Position numbers and translations under genes: made by a program
Part shown: in pieces, positions 60,017 through 64,000 of the stretch
How the letters are laid out: the number at the start of each line of letters is the position of its first letter
Numbering within the stretch: the first letter of the stretch is position 1
Notes under the pieces: generated by a model
The model's input: only the letters and a program-made list of their open reading frames with translations
Told to the model about the DNA's origin: nothing
Database searches by the model: none
Assembly (NCBI GenBank): GCA_044347345.1
Contig: JBIKUX010000010.1
Span: 27,032 to 91,031 of the forward strand
Direction of reading: 5' to 3'
Source: Bdellovibrionota bacterium
GTDB lineage: Bacteria > Bdellovibrionota_C > UBA2361 > JBIKUX01
DNA length: 64,000 nucleotides

Positions 60017-60271
60017 TTAGGACTTCAGCCAGTTTAATTTGTTTTTTTCGAATTCAGCTTGAAGCTCTGAAAACCCCCCTAAGATTTTTTCGTCAATAAA
60101 AATTTGAGGAAACGTTCGCATATTTGAGCGCATAACCAGTTCTTGTCGTGTAGCGTCATCATTTCTATCGACTAAAATTGATGTAAAGGGGATACCTTCT
60201 TGGTTAAGTAGAGCTTTAGCTTTATCGCAATATGGGCAGTTGTTTATAGTATAAATTTTAATGTTTTTCAT
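60017..60271 (-). CDS. grxC: Glutaredoxin (Grx3-like)
   Basis: CPYC, RTFPQIFI, GGFSEL. Confidence 0.9.
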   Translation of the reverse strand: MKNIKIYTINNCPYCDKAKALLNQEGIPFTSILVDRNDDATRQELVMRSNMRTFPQIFIDEKILGGFSELQAEFEKNKLNWLKS

Positions 60272-60410
60272 AGATATGAAAGGTGCACTTCATCCTTTAT
60301 TATTTATGTCGATTTTTAGCTAAGTTGCAAGCACAAAATAGTAATAAAAGATATTGGATAAAAACCCAGAGAAAAATTTTAATCGCAAAATTTTGAGTTG
60401 ATTTATCGAT

Positions 60411-60968
60411 TCAGCTAGACCGTGATTCAAATACGAGAGAGAAGCTAGCAGAACCTACTGTAGTACCTAAAAAAGCTCCGGTTGATTGCATAAATTCTGG
60501 AGTACCTTCAATTTGCCCCTTAAAATGAGCTCGTTCTGATGTAAGTGTAACTATGTCTACGGGAAGAGATACTGAGTGTTCTTTTAGCCCTTCCTTTAGT
60601 CGTCCCTTTACTAAAAGTCGAGATGGAGAGCTTTTAGTGATTGAGGTGCTGATAAAAGTTAGATTTCTAGAGGGAAGCGAGGCAAGAAGTTGAGAAAATA
60701 GTTGTTGGGTTTGCGGTGTAGAACTTCCAACTTTAGTGCCAGTCAGGTCGATTGTTAATCTAATTAAATGGGGAATGTGCTCTTTAGGTAGGGTTTCTAC
60801 TGCGCCGGAAATTTTTGTAAAGGCTCCTTCAATAGGAATAAAAGGTGATTGTAATTTAAAAATGGCATTCGAAGATTTTTGGTTGAGTTCTTTCACATTG
60901 GGATAGCTAGGAGCAGTGCAAAAAAGTATTCCTAATAAAAAGATGATCACTCTGGTGGATAATTTCAT
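60411..60968 (-). CDS. YceI-like periplasmic protein
   Basis: Signal peptide; G.F..ISG, LTF.STSI, V.G.L pattern. Confidence 0.7.
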   Translation of the reverse strand: MKLSTRVIIFLLGILFCTAPSYPNVKELNQKSSNAIFKLQSPFIPIEGAFTKISGAVETLPKEHIPHLIRLTIDLTGTKVGSSTPQTQQLFSQLLASLPSRNLTFISTSITKSSPSRLLVKGRLKEGLKEHSVSLPVDIVTLTSERAHFKGQIEGTPEFMQSTGAFLGTTVGSASFSLVFESRSS

Positions 60969-61130
60969 AAAGCTCCTTTTTGACGGGATATTGTAAATAT
61001 GAGAGCTGAATCTGCACCAAATTAGCATAGGTTGAAAGTAAACAATTGCATAAGGTTCTGTAGTTGTTATTTGGCTTACAAGAGTTTACCCCTTATACTT
61101 TAGATTAGCATTAGAAAAATATGGATACAC

Positions 61131-62600
61131 GTGAAGCAGGATCTATTTTTTGTAGCAGCAATGGTAGCACCTACTTTGCATGTGATTGGAGCGTTGCATG
61201 CAGTTCATGCAATTATGCGTGTTCCTAACGCTCAGGGTGCCATTGCATGGAGTCTAGTTCTAATTTTTTTCCCCTATTTATCGGTACCACTTTATCTTAT
61301 TTTTGGGCCTTGGAGTTTTCGTGATTTTCGAAAAGCCGCACTTTTGGCTCAGAGGGAACAGCTTCAACGAGAACAAAGTCGAGCGATGTTGCATTGTAAA
61401 AAATATGTTACCTGCCTTCCGCTATCTTATCATTATTTTGAGCAAGTATTAATCAAACTTGCAGGTGAGCAATTTACATCGAGTAATGATGTTGAATTGA
61501 TAATTAATGGAGATTTATTTTTCCCCCGCTTACTTGAGGAAATAAGTCACAGCTCAACACAAATTTTCTTGCAATTTTTTATCTGGCGAAATGATGGCAT
61601 AGGAAAAGATATTTTTGATGCTCTTAAAGCTGCATCGGAGCGTGGAGTTGCAGTATATTTGTTATATGATCCGATAGGCTCTTTTTCACTTGATAATGAT
61701 GTTATTGAGGATCTTGAAAGTGAAGGAGTCCAAATAGCGGCCTTTCATACTACCAGAGGATCCCTTCTTAAACGTTTTAGATTGAATTATCGCAATCATC
61801 GAAAAATAGCAATTTTTGATGGTAAAAGCGCACTTGTAAGTGGCTTTAATATCGGAGATGAGTATCTCGGGCGGTCGCCTCGTTTTGGTAGATGGCGAGA
61901 TACTGGAGTAAAAGTTATAGGCCCTGCTGTTTATGATCTTGAGCGTACGTTTTTACTCGACTGGCGATATGCTACTGGCTCCAGCCTTTTAGGTAGAGAC
62001 CATTATAGTTTTCGAGCTGATTCAGAGGATCTGGAGTTAAGTGTTAATAATGGGATGATTGTTTTACCCATAGCAACAGGCCCTGTGGGAAGTTCAGGAG
62101 ATTGCGGATTACTTTTTTTGACAGCTATTGAAGAAGCCAAATATAGAATTATTATTGCTACTCCGTACTTTGTTCCAGATGAAGCGGTTTTGCAGTCTTT
62201 AAGGCGAGCTGTATTGCGTGGCATAGATATAACCTTAATCTTGCCCGACAATTGGGATCATGCAGTGGTTCAGCTTGCTTCGCTATTTTATGCTCATATT
62301 GCCATTCGTTATGGTTGTAAGGTGTTTAGATATACTGATGGATTCATGCATCAAAAATCGATGTTAGTAGATGAGGAAATATCAATCATAGGGTCGGGTA
62401 ATTGGGATCAACGTAGCTTTAGGTTAAATTTTGAACAGCATATAGTGGTGTTTGATTTATCTTTTGCAAAACAAGTAGAACAGATGCTTCAACATGATAT
62501 AAGCCATTCTCGTCAAATAACCTCTGAGGAATTCGCGGGAAGGCCTTTCCCTATTCGTCTTTCAGCACACCTTGCTCGGCTATTTTCTCCTATTCTTTGA
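61131..62600 (+). CDS. cls: Cardiolipin synthase
   Basis: Two HKD motifs (RNHRKIAIFDG, HQKSMLVD), N-terminal TM pair, TPYFVP, RSF.LNFE. Confidence 0.95.
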   Translation: MKQDLFFVAAMVAPTLHVIGALHAVHAIMRVPNAQGAIAWSLVLIFFPYLSVPLYLIFGPWSFRDFRKAALLAQREQLQREQSRAMLHCKKYVTCLPLSYHYFEQVLIKLAGEQFTSSNDVELIINGDLFFPRLLEEISHSSTQIFLQFFIWRNDGIGKDIFDALKAASERGVAVYLLYDPIGSFSLDNDVIEDLESEGVQIAAFHTTRGSLLKRFRLNYRNHRKIAIFDGKSALVSGFNIGDEYLGRSPRFGRWRDTGVKVIGPAVYDLERTFLLDWRYATGSSLLGRDHYSFRADSEDLELSVNNGMIVLPIATGPVGSSGDCGLLFLTAIEEAKYRIIIATPYFVPDEAVLQSLRRAVLRGIDITLILPDNWDHAVVQLASLFYAHIAIRYGCKVFRYTDGFMHQKSMLVDEEISIIGSGNWDQRSFRLNFEQHIVVFDLSFAKQVEQMLQHDISHSRQITSEEFAGRPFPIRLSAHLARLFSPIL

Positions 62601-62739
62601 TATAGGTTTGAAGCATTTTTTGCGGTGGAAGGAGGTGTAAATAATATCTATAAGCCTCTTTTGCGAAGCTCACTTATTATTCAGAATAGAGATAACTTGC
62701 TTTTAATATAAAAGAGTTTACTTAATTTCTAAGGTCTAC

Positions 62740-63138
62740 ATGGTGAAACAGAGAGATGGCGATGACTCTGGCGATATTTTCGCTGAAGCCCTCACAAGAG
62801 CTATGCGAACTATTGGCAGGCAAATTGCGCGCGAGATGCAAAGGTTCCCAGCTGAGCAAGAAGTTCATGGAGTACAAAAATGGGCTCCAATTCAAAAGCG
62901 AGTGGAAAGGGCTATTGGAATAATATTGGATGAAGTTGGTGATCAAACAGTTGAGATTGAGTCCTTAGTGGTATTAACACGAGCCTTTACTTCAGCAATT
63001 CGTATGATAGTAGAGGATTTAGGAGTTGAGGGATTGGGAAAGGTTCGTTCGGAGTACGTTTGTGATGCGATGGAACGCGCTCAAGAAGACGCTAGAAGAA
63101 CCATCTCTCGATTTCTTGGCGATACCATGATGAACTAG
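62740..63138 (+). CDS. Hypothetical helical protein
   Basis: 132-aa ORF, ATG preceded by AAGG. Confidence 0.7.
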   Translation: MVKQRDGDDSGDIFAEALTRAMRTIGRQIAREMQRFPAEQEVHGVQKWAPIQKRVERAIGIILDEVGDQTVEIESLVVLTRAFTSAIRMIVEDLGVEGLGKVRSEYVCDAMERAQEDARRTISRFLGDTMMN

Positions 63139-63350
63139 TCAATTATTGTAATTATTTGAGACAATAAGATTGTAATATAGAAAATTACAATAAAGAGCCA
63201 CTTTTCCGGCTTTTTCAAAGTTTAGAGCAGTGGTAAAAAACCAACGGTAATTTTGTCATTATGAATTTTTACAGTGCCTGCTGATTTATTTATGCATCCT
63301 AAGAGTGAAACGTGCTAGTAATTCTAGCCTAATCGAAGGAGGTGGTCCCG

Positions 63351-63473
63351 GTGTCTTTGGATCTTTTAGGCCTCTTATATTCTATCTTAATTTCTCCCTG
63401 TATCTGGGAATTTATCAAAACTTACAATGTATTACAGAGGAATAATGTTTCTATGGTAATGATAGGATATTAG
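63351..63473 (+). CDS. Candidate 40-aa small protein
   Basis: AAGGAGGT at 63336-63343, GTG 7 nt later, TAG at 63471-63473, terminator-like hairpin downstream. Confidence 0.45.
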   Translation: MSLDLLGLLYSILISPCIWEFIKTYNVLQRNNVSMVMIGY

Positions 63474-63494
63474 GGGTCTCGTGGTGTGATCCAT

Positions 63495-63542
63495 GGAGCT
63501 GGTTCTTCCTCAATTGAAGAAGGTCCAGCTCCTTCTTTTTTT
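63495..63542 (+). terminator. Intrinsic terminator-like hairpin with U-tract
   Basis: GGAGCTGG...CCAGCTCC imperfect 38-bp palindrome followed by TTCTTTTTTT. Confidence 0.7.
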
Positions 63543-63561
63543 GAATGATTTATATATTTTT

Positions 63562-64000
63562 TTAATAGATGATAGTTATGTATTCAATTTTAATTATCTC
63601 TACTGAACTACTCCCCTTTGGTGATTGATATTCAATTATATCCCCAGCACGACGTCCTTGGAGAGCTCGTCCCAATGGTGATCGATAGCTAATTCGCTTA
63701 GCACTTACTTCAACTTCGTGGGTATCGACAATCGTATATTTTTTAGTAACGTCATTGTCATCAATAAGCGTTACAGTAGCACCGAATTTTATAGTATCTC
63801 CCTTATTTGACAGTGGATCTATGACGGTTGAATTTTTAATTATTGTGGATATGAATCTTATTCGGTTGTCTATTTCTCTGAGGCGCTTTTTTCCGTAAAC
63901 ATAGTCGCCATTTTCAGACCGGTCTCCATTACCAGCGGCCCATTCAATAACTCGGGTAATCTCAGGTCTTTCTTTGTATTTTAATTGCTCCAATTCATCT
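63562..64000 (-). CDS. greB: Transcription elongation factor GreB (5'-truncated by window edge)
   Basis: ERP......WAAGNGDRSENGDY.YGKKRLREID.RIRF, FGATV, ISY.SPLGRAL. Confidence 0.93.
   Translation of the reverse strand, partial: DELEQLKYKERPEITRVIEWAAGNGDRSENGDYVYGKKRLREIDNRIRFISTIIKNSTVIDPLSNKGDTIKFGATVTLIDDNDVTKKYTIVDTHEVEVSAKRISYRSPLGRALQGRRAGDIIEYQSPKGSSSVEIIKIEYITIIY

Noticed and set aside
63336-63350. 16S rRNA 3'-end fragment
   Set aside because: Only a short match to the anti-SD complement; flanks are not rRNA-like, so better read as a strong SD.

Overview
AT-rich bacterial chromosomal window, mostly housekeeping and signalling genes; the gene content suggests a delta-proteobacteria-like lineage (inference only). 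It holds the end of a suf operon, a large NAD-glutamate dehydrogenase, bioD, a sigma54 FleQ/FleS/FleR-like cluster, scattered flagellar genes (flgO-like, orphan fliG), a GT41/GT71 glycosyltransferase pair, rsgA, a decayed IS3-family element, an amgK/rapZ-C/murU-like operon, redox genes, fbaA, ppiA, pheST, cls and a partial greB. I recognised no rRNA, tRNA or CRISPR array. The most striking feature is a standalone gene (34082-34609, minus strand) fusing an RRM RNA-binding domain to a complete zinc-free ribosomal protein bS18. Other leads are a PheRS with altered active-site motifs, a hybrid kinase missing every phospho-acceptor, a possible protein glycosylation module, a secreted protein with a possible new C-terminal sorting domain, and an unannotated 40-aa ORF. 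All calls come from motifs read by eye; no searches were run.
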